Shown: one piece after another, positions 51,721-64,000 of the stretch
Layout of the letters: every line of letters starts with the position of its first letter
Position numbering within the stretch: position 1 is the stretch's first letter
Program-made: the position numbers and the translations under genes
Assembly: GCA_964016885.1 (NCBI GenBank)
Contig: OZ024742.1
Location: 371,256,001 to 371,320,000 of the forward strand
Length of the DNA stretch: 64,000 bases
Origin: Eledone cirrhosa
Lineage: Eukaryota
Reading direction: 5' to 3'
Notes under the pieces: generated by a model
The model's input: only the letters and a program-made list of their open reading frames with translations
The model's database searches: none
Told to the model about the DNA's origin: nothing

Positions 51721-52470
51721 GTAAGTTGTTTTTACAAATTATTTTACAAAATGTACTTTCCTTTGTTGTTTTACATTTATCTTTTGTTGAAATTTACTTC
51801 TACAACTGGACAACTGGAAAGAATAGCTGATACAGACATGTCATGTATATGGATGATGATTGTTGGTGAAGTAGTACCATTCTCCATGTCTTGTTAGTGA
51901 AATTTGGTTGATGAAAGCCCATCCAGTCTTATTATATATTGTATCTTGTTGTTGCGGCTTGAGAATGATATTAAGGATACACACGTCTGTAGAACACAGC
52001 TATGGTATTGTGTGAACCTGACCTGTAACTCCTGAGTCGTAGGTGCACCATATTCATATAGTGTTTCTTGGAGCATTTTTAAACCTGGCGAAGCTCATCT
52101 CCTTCTCCAGGCCTGAATACAGCAGTTTTCTTCCAGAGACGGATAGAGGAAGAGAAAGGAAGTGAGAAAGAGAGACGGGGCAAGAATCGCCTCCAGTATT
52201 TGACTGGTACTTTTTTAATTCACCAGTTAGACAATCAGTTGATTGAATGACTGAATGTTCATCAAAGCTGACAGAAGATCCATCATGGCACACTGGGGAA
52301 AAACAGTAGACCCACCATGGCACAAAGCTTTTCACTAGGTCCTTTTTAATGAAAACGCTTGGGGAAGCCCCTATAGGATGCAACCTCGTGGGGTGGGGTC
52401 CAGTTAAACTTACATAAATGTGAACTGTAAATTTTTCATTTTTAAAGAAGTGAATATTTGTGTGTTGTAG

Positions 52471-52578
52471 CCAATGGTAAATGCTCAAATGTTATCTGAA
52501 CTGGAGGAAGTAATTCAATACAAACTGATACCAGAACGGAGAGATGTCATAAAACAGATGTGGTGGGACAGATTACAG
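52471..52578 (+). CDS. MTOR: TOR exon: PMVNAQMLSELEEVIQYKLIPERRDVIKQMWWDRLQ
   Basis: tag|CCA...CAG|gtaat, 108 nt. Contains the MLSELEEVIQYKL motif. Confidence 0.96.
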
Positions 52579-53009
52579 GTAATTATAAAGCATTGTTAAT
52601 TACTCTTCTCTAATTAACAGGTTTTTAATTTCATTGGTTTTATATATTAAAAAAGGTTAACACACCTGAGGTTAAATTCCCAGAGGTTTCACATGATTGA
52701 TTTTTTTTTTTTTTTTTTTTTTAATATTAGTAATGTGAGGAATAATGAAGAGTGAGTCCCCAGTATGTCAGAGAGGAGTGGACAGGAGAGGCCTAGAGTG
52801 GACATATTATTGTGGGCAGGACAGGGGCAGTGTGGAGTGGACATATTGTGGGCAGGAGAGGTGTGGAGTGGAGTGAACAGGAGCAATATGAAATAGTGTT
52901 TTGCTCAAGGACACAACACTCTGCCTGTTCCAGGTATTGAACTCACATTACGTTTATGAACCCAGTATCCTAACCACTATACCACATGCCTTCACATGTT
53001 ATAGAACAT

Positions 53010-53855
53010 TATTGTAAAAGATGGCGGGGGATTGGCAGTATCGGTAGAGGGTCGGACGGATGCCATGCTTTCCAGCATAGTTATGTCCCTTTACGATCTG
53101 AGTTCAAATCCCGTCGAGGTTGACTTTGCCTTTCATCCTTACGGGGTCGATAAAATAAAGTACTAGTAATGCACTGGGTAATTGCTGGCCTTGTGCCTAA
53201 AGTAGAAACAATTATTGTAAAAAGATGGAGGGGTGGGGGACAGAAAGCTTCTAGATTTAGGTTTAATATTGTTGTATTTATTCCAGATCTATACATTCTG
53301 AGTTCAAATCCTGTCAGTGTCAACTTTACCCTTCATCTTTTTGAGTTCCATAAAATAAAGTACCAGTTATTTACTGAGGTCCATATATTTGACTTCCCCT
53401 TCCTCTAACTTGCTGGCCTTGTGCCAATATTAAAAAGAATTAAGGCAATGAATTGGTAAAGTTATTAGAAGGCTGACAAATTGCAGTATTTGTTCTGGCT
53501 TTTTACATTTTGAGTTCAAATCCCACCAAGATTAGCTTTGCCTTTCAGGGTCAATAAATAAAAGTACCAGTAACACACTGGGGTTGATTTAATTGACTTT
53601 CCCATTGCCCACAAACTGTTGTCCTTGTGCCTAAGTCAGAAACCAGGACAGTGGATTAGCAGTATCAGTAGAGTATCAGACAACCAGCTTTACGGCATAG
53701 TTTACGGCCCTGAGTTCAAAACCCCGAGGTTAGCTTTGCCTTTCATCCTTACGAGATCAATAAAATAAAGCACCAATAATGCATTAGGGTCAATTTAATT
53801 GACTTTTCCTCCCCCAAAATTGTTGGCCTTCTGACTAAATCAGAAACCATTATTA
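53010..53855 (+). mobile_element. Cluster of about 4 head-to-tail tRNA-type SINE copies
   Basis: The B-box-like tgagttcaaa followed by ...ttgcctttcatcc...taaaataaagtacca...ctggccttgtgcc recurs near 53099, 53299, 53511 and 53711. Confidence 0.7.
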
Positions 53856-53881
53856 CTATCATTGTTATAAATATTTTACAG

Positions 53882-54007
53882 GGATGTCAGAGGGTTGTTG
53901 AAGACTGGCAGAAAATCATACAAGTTCGATCATTGGTAATTAGTCCTCTTGAAGGAGTGAAGACTTGGTTGAAATATGCTAGTCTATGTCGGAAGAGTGG
54001 CCGGCTG
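53882..54007 (+). CDS. MTOR: TOR exon (last in window): GCQRVVEDWQKIIQVRSLVISPLEGVKTWLKYASLCRKSGRL
   Basis: cag|GGA...CTG|gtaag, 126 nt. Contains the GCQR.VEDWQKI and TWLKYASLC.KSGRL motifs. Confidence 0.96.
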
Positions 54008-54494
54008 GTAAGTTAAAACTTTTCTTTCTTAAACATTTTGTTGCCATATTTCTAATAGCCTATTTTTATTTCAAATAATTTTCAAAAATAACCAAGAATT
54101 TGGAGAGATTTATTATAACTTTCTCATCATTGAGCTAGTGTTTTGACTATAACTTAACAAGGCTATTACATAAATTTATAATGGAAAACTGGAGATAAAT
54201 ATAAACCATATTCACACTGCCTGTGCTTTTCAAATCATTTTGAAAATCAAGAATTTGAAGAAATTTACTAATATAACTAAATTTTCTCATTATTAAGCTG
54301 GTGTTTGGAACATAACTTAACAAAGGTTCTTACATAAAATTATGATGGACACACACACATAATCATCATCGTCGTAGTCCTGTCCATTTTTCCATGCTTT
54401 TAAAGGTTAGACTGATCTCTTTCAACACATCTCACTACTTGCACTCATTTGTCCTTTTGTGAGGTTCAGCTTGCTGAGATCAACTTTCACCACT

Positions 54495-54615
54495 TTTATA
54501 GGTTTGGGGGACTACTACCTCTTTTGACTACACACAGTAGATTGTATGATGCCTGTGTGAGAAGTGTGATGTTACATGGTAGTGAGATATCGGTAGTGAA
54601 TATAGACGATATGTT
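54495..54615 (+). mobile_element. RTE-type LINE ORF remnant seeding the downstream satellite
   Basis: Reads FYRFGGLLPLLTTHSRLYDACVRSVMLHGSEISVVNIDDML, compared with the LINE ORF WKKFRELIPLLAAKGFSLKMKGRLYDACIRTAMLHGSETWALCAEDI. Confidence 0.88.
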
Positions 54616-57600
54616 ATGTTACATGGTAGTGAGATATCGGTGGTGAATATAGACGATATGTTATGTTACATGGTAGTGAATATAGACGATATGTTATGTT
54701 ACATGGTAGTGAGATATTGGTAGTGAATGTAGAGGTTATGTTATGTTACATGGTAGTGAGACATGGGTGGTGAATGTAGAGGTTATGTTACATGGTAGTG
54801 AGACATGGGTGGTGAATGTAGAGGTTATGTTACATGGTAGTGTGACATGGGTGGTGAATATAGACGATATGTTACGTTACATGGTGGTGAATGTGGAGGT
54901 TATGTTACATGGTAGTGAATGTAGAGGTTATGTTACATGGTAGTGAATGTAGAGGTTATGTTACATGGACAGTGAATGTAGAGGTTGTTACATGGTAGTG
55001 AGACATGGGTGGTGAATGTAGAGGTTATGTTACATGGTAGTGAGACATGGGTGGTGAATGTAGAGGTTATGTTACATAGTAGTGAATGTAGAGGTTATGT
55101 TTCATGGTAGTGAGACACGGACAGTGAATGTAGAGGTTATGTTACATGGTAGTGAGACATGGGTGGTGAATGTAGAGGTTATGTTACATGGTAGTGAATG
55201 TAGAGGTTGTTACATGGTAGTGAGACATGGGTGGTGAATGTAGAGGTTATGTTACATGGTAGTGAGACATGGGTGGTGAATGTAGAGGTTATGTTACATA
55301 GTAGTGAATGTAGAGGTTATGTTACATGGTAGTGAGACATGGACAGTGAATGTAGAGGTTATGTTACATGGTAGTGAGATATGGGTAGTGAATGTAGAGG
55401 TTATGTTACATGGTAGTGAGACATGGGTGGTGAATGTAGAGGTTATGTTACATAGTAGTGAATGTAGAGGTTATGTTACATGGTAGTGAGACATGGGTGG
55501 TGAATGTAGTGGTTATGTTACATGGTAGTGAGACATGGGTGGTGAATGTAGAGGTTATGTTACATGGTAGTGAGACATGGGTGGTGAATGTAGAGGTTAT
55601 GTTACATGGTAGTGAATATAGAGGTTATGTTACATGGTAGTGAGACATGGACAGTGAATGTAGAGGTTATGTTACATGGTAGTGAATGTAGAGGTTATGT
55701 TACATGGTAGTGAGATATGGGTAGTGAATGTAGAGGTTATGTTACATGGTAGTGAGATATGGGGAGTGAATGTAGAGGTTATGTTACATGGTGGTGAGAC
55801 ATGGGTGGTAAATGTAGAGGTTATGTTACATGGTAGTGAGACATGGGTGGTGAATGTAGAGGTTATGTTACATGGTAGTGAGACATGCGTATTGAATGTA
55901 GAGATTATGTTACATGGTAGTGAGACATGGGTGGTGAATGTAGAGGTTATGTTACATGGTAGTGAATGTAGAGGTTGTTACATGGTAGTGAATGTAGAGG
56001 TTATGTTACATGGCTGGTGAATGTAGAGGTTATGTTACATGGTAGTGAGACATGGGTGGTGAATGTAGAGGTTATGTTACATGGTAGTGAGACATGGGTG
56101 GTGAATGTAGAGGTTATGTTACATAGTAGTGAATGTAGAGGTTATGTTACATGGTAGTGAGACATGGACGGTGAATGTAGAGGTTATGTTACATGGTAGT
56201 GAGATATGGGTAGTGAATGTAGAGGTTATGTTACATGGTAGTGAGACATGGGTGGTGAATGTAGAGGTTATGTTACATAGTAGTGAATGTAGAGGTTATG
56301 TTACATGGTAGTGAGACATGGGTGGTGAATGTAGTGGTTATGTTACATGGTAGTGAGACATGGGTGGTGAATGTAGAGGTTATGTTACATGGTAGTGAAT
56401 GTAGAGGTTATGTTACATGGTAGTGAATGTAGAGGTTATGTTACATGGCTGGTGAATGTAGAGGTTATGTTACATGGTAGTGAGACATGGGTAGTGAATG
56501 TAGAGGTAATGTTATATGGTAGTGAGACATGGGTGGTGAATGTAGAGGTTATGTTACATGGTAGTGACACATGGGTAGTGAATGTAGAGGTTATGTTACA
56601 TGGTAGTGAGACATGGCTGGTGAATGTAGAGGTTATGTTACATGGTAGTGAATGTAGAGGTTATGTTACATGGTAATGAGACATGGGTGGTGAATGTAGA
56701 GGTTATGTTACATGGTAGTGAGATATGGGTGGTGAATGTAGAGGTTATGTTACATGGTAGTGTGACATTGGTGGTGAATGTAGAGGTTATGTTACATGGT
56801 AGTGAGACATGGGTAGTGAATGTAGAGGTTTTGTTACAAGGTAGTGAGACATGGGTGGTGAATGTAGAGGTTATGTTACATGGTAGTGAGACATGGGTGG
56901 TGAATGTAGAGGTTATGTTACATGGTAGTGTGACATAGGTGGTGAATGTAGAGGTTATGTTACATGGTAGTGAGACATGGACAGTGAATGTAGAGGTTAT
57001 GTTACATGGGTAGTGAATGTAGAGGTTGTTACATGGGTGGTGAATGTAGAGGTTATGTTACATGGTAATGAGACATCGGTAGTGACTGTAGAGGTTATGT
57101 TACATGGGTGGTGAATGTAGAGGTTATGTTACATGTTAGTGAGACATGGGTGGTGAATGTAGAGGTTATGTTACATGGTAGTGAATGTAGAGGTTATGTT
57201 ACATGGTAGTGAGACATGGGTGGTGAATGTAGAGGTTATGTTACATGGTAGTGAGACATGGGTGGTGAATGTAGAGGTTATGTTACATGGTAGTGAGACA
57301 TGGGTAGCGAATGTAGAGTTTATGTTACAAGGTAGTGAGACATGGGTAGTGAATGTAGAGGTTATGTTACATGGTAGTGAAATCTGGGTGGTGAATGTAG
57401 AGGTTATGTTACATGCTAATGAGACATGGACAGTGAATGTAGAGGTTATGTTACATGGACAGTGAATGTAGAGGTTATGTTACATGGTAGTGAGACATGG
57501 GTAGTGAATGTAGAGGTTATGTTACATGGTAGTGAGACATGGGTGGTGAATGTAGAGGTTATGTTACATGGTAGTGAGACATGGACAGTGAATGTAGAGG

Positions 57601-60600
57601 TTATGTTACATGGGTAGTGAATGTAGAGGTTGTTACATGGGTGGTGAATGTAGAGGTTATGTTACATGGTAATGAGACATCGGTAGTGACTGTAGAGGTT
57701 ATGTTACATGGGTGGTGAATGTAGAGGTTATGTTACATGGTAGTGAATGTAGAGGTTATGTTACATGGTAATGAGACATGGGTAGTGAATGTAGAGGTTA
57801 TGTTACATGGTAGTGAGACATGGGTATAGAATGTAGAGGTTATGTTACATGGTAGTGAGACATGGGTGGTGAATGTAGAGGTTATGTTACATGGGTGGTG
57901 AATGTAGAGGTTATGTTACATGGTAGTGAGACATGGACAGTGAATGTAGAGGTTATGTTACATGGTAGTGAGTCATGGGTGATGAATGTAGAGGTTATGT
58001 TACATGGTAGTGAGACATGGGTAGTGAATGTAGAGGTTATGGTGCATGGTAGTGAGACATGGGTCGTGAATGTAGAGGTTATGTTACATGGTAGTGAGAC
58101 ATGGGTGGTGAATGTAGAGGTTATGTTACATGGTAGTGAGACATGGACAGTGAATGTAGAGGTTATGTTACATGGTAGTGAGATATGGGTAGTGAATGTA
58201 GAGGTTATGTTACATGGTAGTGAGACATGGACAGTGAATGTAGAGGTTATGTTACATGGTAGTGAGGCATGGGTAGTGAATGTAGAGGTTATGTTACAAG
58301 GTAGTGAGACATGCGTAGTGAATGTCGAGGTTATGTTACATGGTAATGAGACATGGGTAGTGAATGTAGAGGTTATGTTACATGGTAGTGAGACATGGGT
58401 AGTGAATGTAGAGGTTATGTTACATGGTAGTGAATGTAGAGGTTCTGTTACATGGCTGGTGAATGTAGAGGTTATGTTACATGGTAGTGAGACATGGGTG
58501 GTGAATGTAGAGGTTATGTTATATGGTAGTGAGACATGGGTGGTGAATGTAGAGGTTATGTTACATGGTAGTGACACATGGGTAGTGAATGTAGAGGTTA
58601 TGTTACATGGTAGTGAGACATGGGTGGTGAATGTAGAGGTTATGTTACATGGTAGTGAGATATGGGTGGTGAATGTAGAGGTTATGTTACATGGTAGTGT
58701 GACATAGGTGGTGAATGTAGAGGTTATGTTACATGGTAGTGTGACATAGGTGGTGAATGTAGAGGTTATGTTACAAGGTAGTGAGACATGGGTGGTGAAT
58801 GCAGAGGTTATGTTACATGGTAGTGAGACATGGACAGTGAATGTAGAGGTTATGTTACATGGGTAGTGAATGTAGAGGTTGTTACATGGGTGGTGAATGT
58901 AGAGGTTATGTTACATGGTAATGAGGCATCGGTAGTGAATGTAGAGGTTATGTTACATGGGTGGTGAATGTAGAGGTTATGTTACATGGTAGTGAATGTA
59001 GAGGTTATGTTACATGGTAATGAGACATGGGTAGTGAATGTAGAGGTTATGTTACATGGTAGTGAGACATGGGTATAGAATGTAGAGGTTATGTTACATG
59101 GTAGTGAGACATGGGTGGTGAATGTAGAGGTTATGTTACATGTTAGTGAGACATGGGTGGTGAATGTAAAGGTTATGTTACATGGTAGTGAGACATGGGT
59201 GGTGAATGTAGAGGTTATGTTACATGGTAGTGATACATGGCTGGTGAATGTAGAGGTTATGTTACATGGTAGTGAGACATGTGGTGAATGTAGAGGTTAT
59301 GTTACATGGTAGTGAGACATGGGTGGTGAATGTAGAGGTTATGTTACATGGTAGTGAGACATGGGTGGTGAATGTAGAGGTTATGTTACATGGTAGTGAC
59401 ACATGGGTAGTGAATGTAGAGGTTATGTTACATGGGTGGTGAATGTAGAGGTTATGTTACATGGTAATGAGACGTGGGTAGTGAATGTAGAGGTTATGTT
59501 ACATGGTAGTGAATGTAGAGGTTGTTACATGATAGTGAGACATGGGTGGTGAATGTAGAGGTTATGTTACATAGTAGTGAGACATGGGTAGTGAATGTAG
59601 AGGTTATGTTACATGGTAGTGAGACATGGGTGGTGAATGTAGAGGTTATGTTACATAGTAGTGAATGTAGAGGTTATGTTACATGGTAGTGAGACATGGA
59701 CAGTGAATGTAGAGGTTATGTTACATGGTAGTGAGATATGGGTAGTGAATGTAGAGGTTATGTTACATGGTAGTGAGACATGGACAGTGAATGTAGAGGT
59801 TATGTTACATGGTAGTGAGACATGGACAGTGAATGTAGAGGTTATGTTACATTGTAGTGAGACATGGGTAGTGAATGTAGAGGTTGTTACATGGTAGTGA
59901 GACATGGGTGGTGAATTTAGAGGTTATGTTACATGGTAGTGAATGTAGAGGTTATGTTACATGGTAGTGAGACATGGGTGGTGAATGTAGAGGTTATGTT
60001 ACATGGTAGTGAGACATGGGTGGTGAATGTAGAGGTTATGTTACGTGGTAGTGAGACATGGGTAGCGAATGTAGAGTTTATGTTACAAGGTAGTGAGACA
60101 TGGGTAGTGAATGTAGAGGTTATGTTACATGGTAGTGAAATCTGGGTGGTGAATGTAGAGGTTATGTTACATGCTAATGAGACATGGACAGTGAATGTAG
60201 AGGTTATGTTACATGGACAGTGAATGTAGAGGTTATGTTACATTGTAGTGAGACATGGGTAGTGAATGTAGAGGTTATGTTACATGGTAGTGAGACATGG
60301 GTAGTGAATGTAGAGGTTATGTTACATGGTAGTGAGACATGGGTGGTGAATGTAGAGGTTATGTTACATGGTAGTGAATATAGAGGTTATGTTACATGGT
60401 AGTGAAATCTGGGTGGTGAATGTAGAGGTTATGTTACATGCTAATGAGACATGGACAGTGAATGTAGAGGTTATGTTACATGGTAGTGAGATATGGGTAG
60501 TGAATGTAGAGGTTATGTTACATGGTAGTGAGACATGGACAGTGAATGTAGAGGTTATGTTACATGGTAGTGAGTCATGGGTGGTGAATGTAGAGGTTAT

Positions 60601-63600
60601 GTTACATGGTAGTGAGACATGGGTGGTGAATGTAGAGGTTATGTTACATGGTAGTGAGACATGGGTGGTGAATGTAGAGGTTATGTTACATGGTAGTGAA
60701 TATAGAGGTTATGTTACATGGTAGTGAGGCATGGACAGTGAATGTAGAGGTTATGTTACATGGTAGTGAGATATGGGTAGTGAATGTAGAGGTTATGTTA
60801 CATGGTAGTGAGATATGGGTAGTGAATGTAGAGGTTATGTTACATGGTAGTGAGATATGGGTAGTGAATGTAGAGGTTATGTTACATGGTGGTGAGACAT
60901 GGGTGGTAAATGTAGAGGTTATGTTACACGGTAGTGAGACATGGGTGGTGAATGTAGAGGTTATGTTACATGGTAGTGAATGTAGAGGTTATGTTACATG
61001 GCTGGTGAATGTAGAGGTTATGTTACATGGTAGTGAGACATGGGTGGTGAATGTAGAGGTTATGTTATATGGTAGTGAGACATGGGTGGTGAATGTAGAG
61101 GTTATGTTACATGGTAGTGACACATGGGTAGTGAATGTAGAGGTTATGTTACATGGTAGTGAGACATGGGTGGTGAATGTAGAGGTTATGTTACATGGTA
61201 GTGAATGTAGAGGTTATGTTACATGGCTGGTGAATGTAGAGGTTATGTTACATGGTAGTGAGACATGGGTGGTGAATGTAGAGGTTATGTTATATGGTAG
61301 TGAGACATGGCTGGTGAATGTAGAGGTTATGTTACATGGTAGTGACACATGGCTAGTGAATGTAGAGGTTATGTTACATGGTAGTGAATGTAGAGGTTAT
61401 GTTACATGGGTGGTGAATGTAAAGGTTATGTTACATGGTATTGAGATATGGGTGGTGAATGTAGAGGTTATGTTACATGGTAGTGTGACATAGGTGGTGA
61501 ATGTAGAGGTTATGTTACATGGTAGTGTGACATAGGTGGTGAATGTAGAGGTTATGTTACAAGGTAGTGAGACATGGGTGGTGAATGCAGAGGTTATGTT
61601 ACATGGTAGTGAGACATGGACAGTGAATGTAGAGGTTATGTTACATGGGTAGTGAATGTAGAGGTTGTTACATGGGTGGTGAATGTAGAGGTTATGTTAC
61701 ATGGTAATGAGACATCGGTAGTGAATGTAGAGGTTATGTTACATGGGTGGTGAATGTAGAGGTTATGTTACATGGGTAGTGAATGTAGAGGTTATGTTAC
61801 ATGGTAATGAGACATGGGTATAGAATGTAGAGGTTATGTTACATGGTAGTGAGACATGGGTGGTGAATGTAGAGGTTATGTTACATGGGTGGTGAATGTA
61901 GAGGTTATGTTACATGGTAGTGAGATATGGGTGGTGAATGTAGAGGTTATGTTATATGGTAGTGAGACATGGGTAGTGAATGTAGAGGTTATGTTACATC
62001 GTAGTGAGACATGGGAGGTGAATGTAGAGGTTATGTTATATGGTAGTGAGACATGGGTAGTGAATGTAGAGGTTATGTTACATGGTAGTGAGACATGGGT
62101 GGTGAATGTAGAGGTTATGTTACATGGTAATGAGACATGGGTAGTGAATGTAGAGGTTATGTTACATGGTAGTGAGACATGGGTGGTGAATGTAGAGGTT
62201 ATGTTACATGGTAGTGAGACATGGGTGGTGAATGTAAAGGTTATGTTACATGGTAGTGAGACATGGGTGGTGAATGTAGAGGTTATGTTACATGGCTGGT
62301 GAATGTAGAGGTTATGTTACATGGTAGTGACACATGTGTGGTGAATGTAGAGGTTATGTTACATGGGTGGTGAATGTAGAGGTTATGTTACATGGTAGTG
62401 AGACATGGGTGGTGAATGTAGAGGTTATGTTACATGGCTGGTGAATGTAGAGGTTATGTTACATGGTAGTGACACATGTGTGGTGAATGTAGAGGTTATG
62501 TTACATGGGTGGTGAATGTAGAGGTTATGTTACATGGTAGTGAGACATGGGTGGTGAATGTAGAGGTTATGTTACATGGTAGTGACACATGGGTAGTGAA
62601 TGTAGAGGTTATGTTACATGGGTGGTGAATGTAGAGGTTATGTTACATGGTAATGAGACATGGGTAGTGAATGTAGAGGTTATGTTACATGGTAGTGAAT
62701 GTAGACGTTATGTTACATGGTAGTGAGACATGGCTGGTGAATGTAGAGGTTATGTTACATGGTAGTGACACATGTGTGGTGAATGTAGAGGTTATGTTAC
62801 ATGGTAGTGAGACATGGGTGGTGAATGTAGAGGTTATGTTACATGGTAGTGAGACATGGGTGGTGAATGTAAAGGTTATGTTACATGGTAGTGAGACATG
62901 GGTGGTGAATGTAGAGGTTATGTTACATGGCTGGTGAATGTAGAGGTTATGTTACATGGTAGTGAGACATGGGTGGTGAATGTAGAGGTTATGTTACATG
63001 GTAGTGAGACATGGGTAGCGAATGTAGAGTTTATGTTACAAGGTAGTGAGACATGGGTAGTGAATGTAGAGGTTATGTTACATGGTAGTGAAATCTGGGT
63101 GGTGAATGTAGAGGTTATGTTACATGCTAATGAGACATGGACACTGAATGTAGAGGTTATGTTACATTGTAGTGAGACATGGGTAGTGAATGTAGAGGTT
63201 ATGTTACATGGTAGTGAATGTAGAGGTTATGTTACATGCTAATGAGACATGGACACTGAATGTAGAGGTTATGTTACATGGTAGTGAGATATGGGTGGTG
63301 AATGTAGAGGTTATGTTACATGGTAGTGTGACATAGGTGGTGAATGTAGAGGTTATGTTACATGGTAGTGTGACATAGGTGGTGAATGTAGAGGTTATGT
63401 TACAAGGTAGTGAGACATGGGTGGTGAATGCAGAGGTTATGTTACATGGTAGTGAATGTAGAGGTTATGTTACATGGGTAGTGAATGTAGAGGTTGTTAC
63501 ATGGGTGGTGAATGTAGAGGTTATGTTACATGGTAATGAGACATCGGTAGTGAATGTAGAGGTTATGTTACATGGGTGGTGAATGTAGAGGTTATGTTAC

Positions 63601-64000
63601 ATGGTAGTGAATGTAGAGGTTATGTTACATGGTAATGAGACATGGGTATAGAATGTAGAGGTTATGTTACATGGTAGTGAGACATGGGTGGTGAATGTAG
63701 AGGTTATGTTACATGGGTGGTGAATGTAGAGGTTATGTTACATGGTAGTGAGATATGGGTGGTGAATGTAGAGGTTATGTTATATGGTAGTGAGACATGG
63801 GTAGTGAATGTAGAGGTTATGTTACATGGTAGTGAGACATGGGAGGTGAATGTAGAGGTTATGTTATATGGTAGTGAGACATGGGTAGTGAATGTAGAGG
63901 TTATGTTACATGGTAGTGAGACATGGGTGGTGAATGTAGAGGTTATGTTACATGGTAATGAGACATGGGTAGTGAATGTAGAGGTTATGTTACATGGTAG
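54557..64000. repeat. 42-bp tandem satellite (GTTATGTTACATGGTAGTGAGACATGGGTGGTGAATGTAGAG) mixed with 28/29-bp deletion units; LINE-derived; runs off the right edge
   Basis: Period is read directly. The unit translates as VMLHGSETWVVNVE. Confidence 0.96.

Noticed and set aside
54743-63582. VMLHGSETWVVNVE repeat ORFs as a protein-coding gene
   Set aside because: The frame is inherited from the LINE ORF and is broken constantly by 28/29-bp units.
1-64000. Common origin of the two 42-bp satellites
   Set aside because: They share a period, but I see no sequence similarity on either strand, so I treat the match as coincidence.

Overview
Eukaryotic, AT-rich, repeat-dense genomic DNA. The repeat landscape suggests an invertebrate such as an octopus, which is inference. 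The window is the middle of one large + strand gene, a TOR/mTOR kinase. I could read 19 internal GT-AG exons by hand from 22773 to 54007 (2676 nt, 892 codons). Intron phases are compatible throughout and there is no stop codon. The exons cover HEAT repeats into the FAT domain; the N-terminus and the FRB/kinase exons lie outside the window. About 59% of the window is intronic tandem repeat: a 42-bp array (1-22107), a 32-bp array (~23881-27232), a 30-bp array (49209-51479), a second unrelated 42-bp array (~54557-64000), and small 61-bp and 41-bp arrays. The introns also hold a decayed piggyBac, a deleted piggyBac and related MITEs, Tc1/mariner remnants, a 5'-truncated RTE-type LINE with remnants, and tRNA-type SINEs. 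The most notable observation is that the 32-bp array and the second 42-bp array both grow out of the same short segment of the RTE LINE ORF (the 'MLHGSETW.VNVED' codons). They have different periods and opposite orientations, and their LINE flanks are still attached. Nearly all long ORFs in the supplied track are translations of these arrays, not genes.
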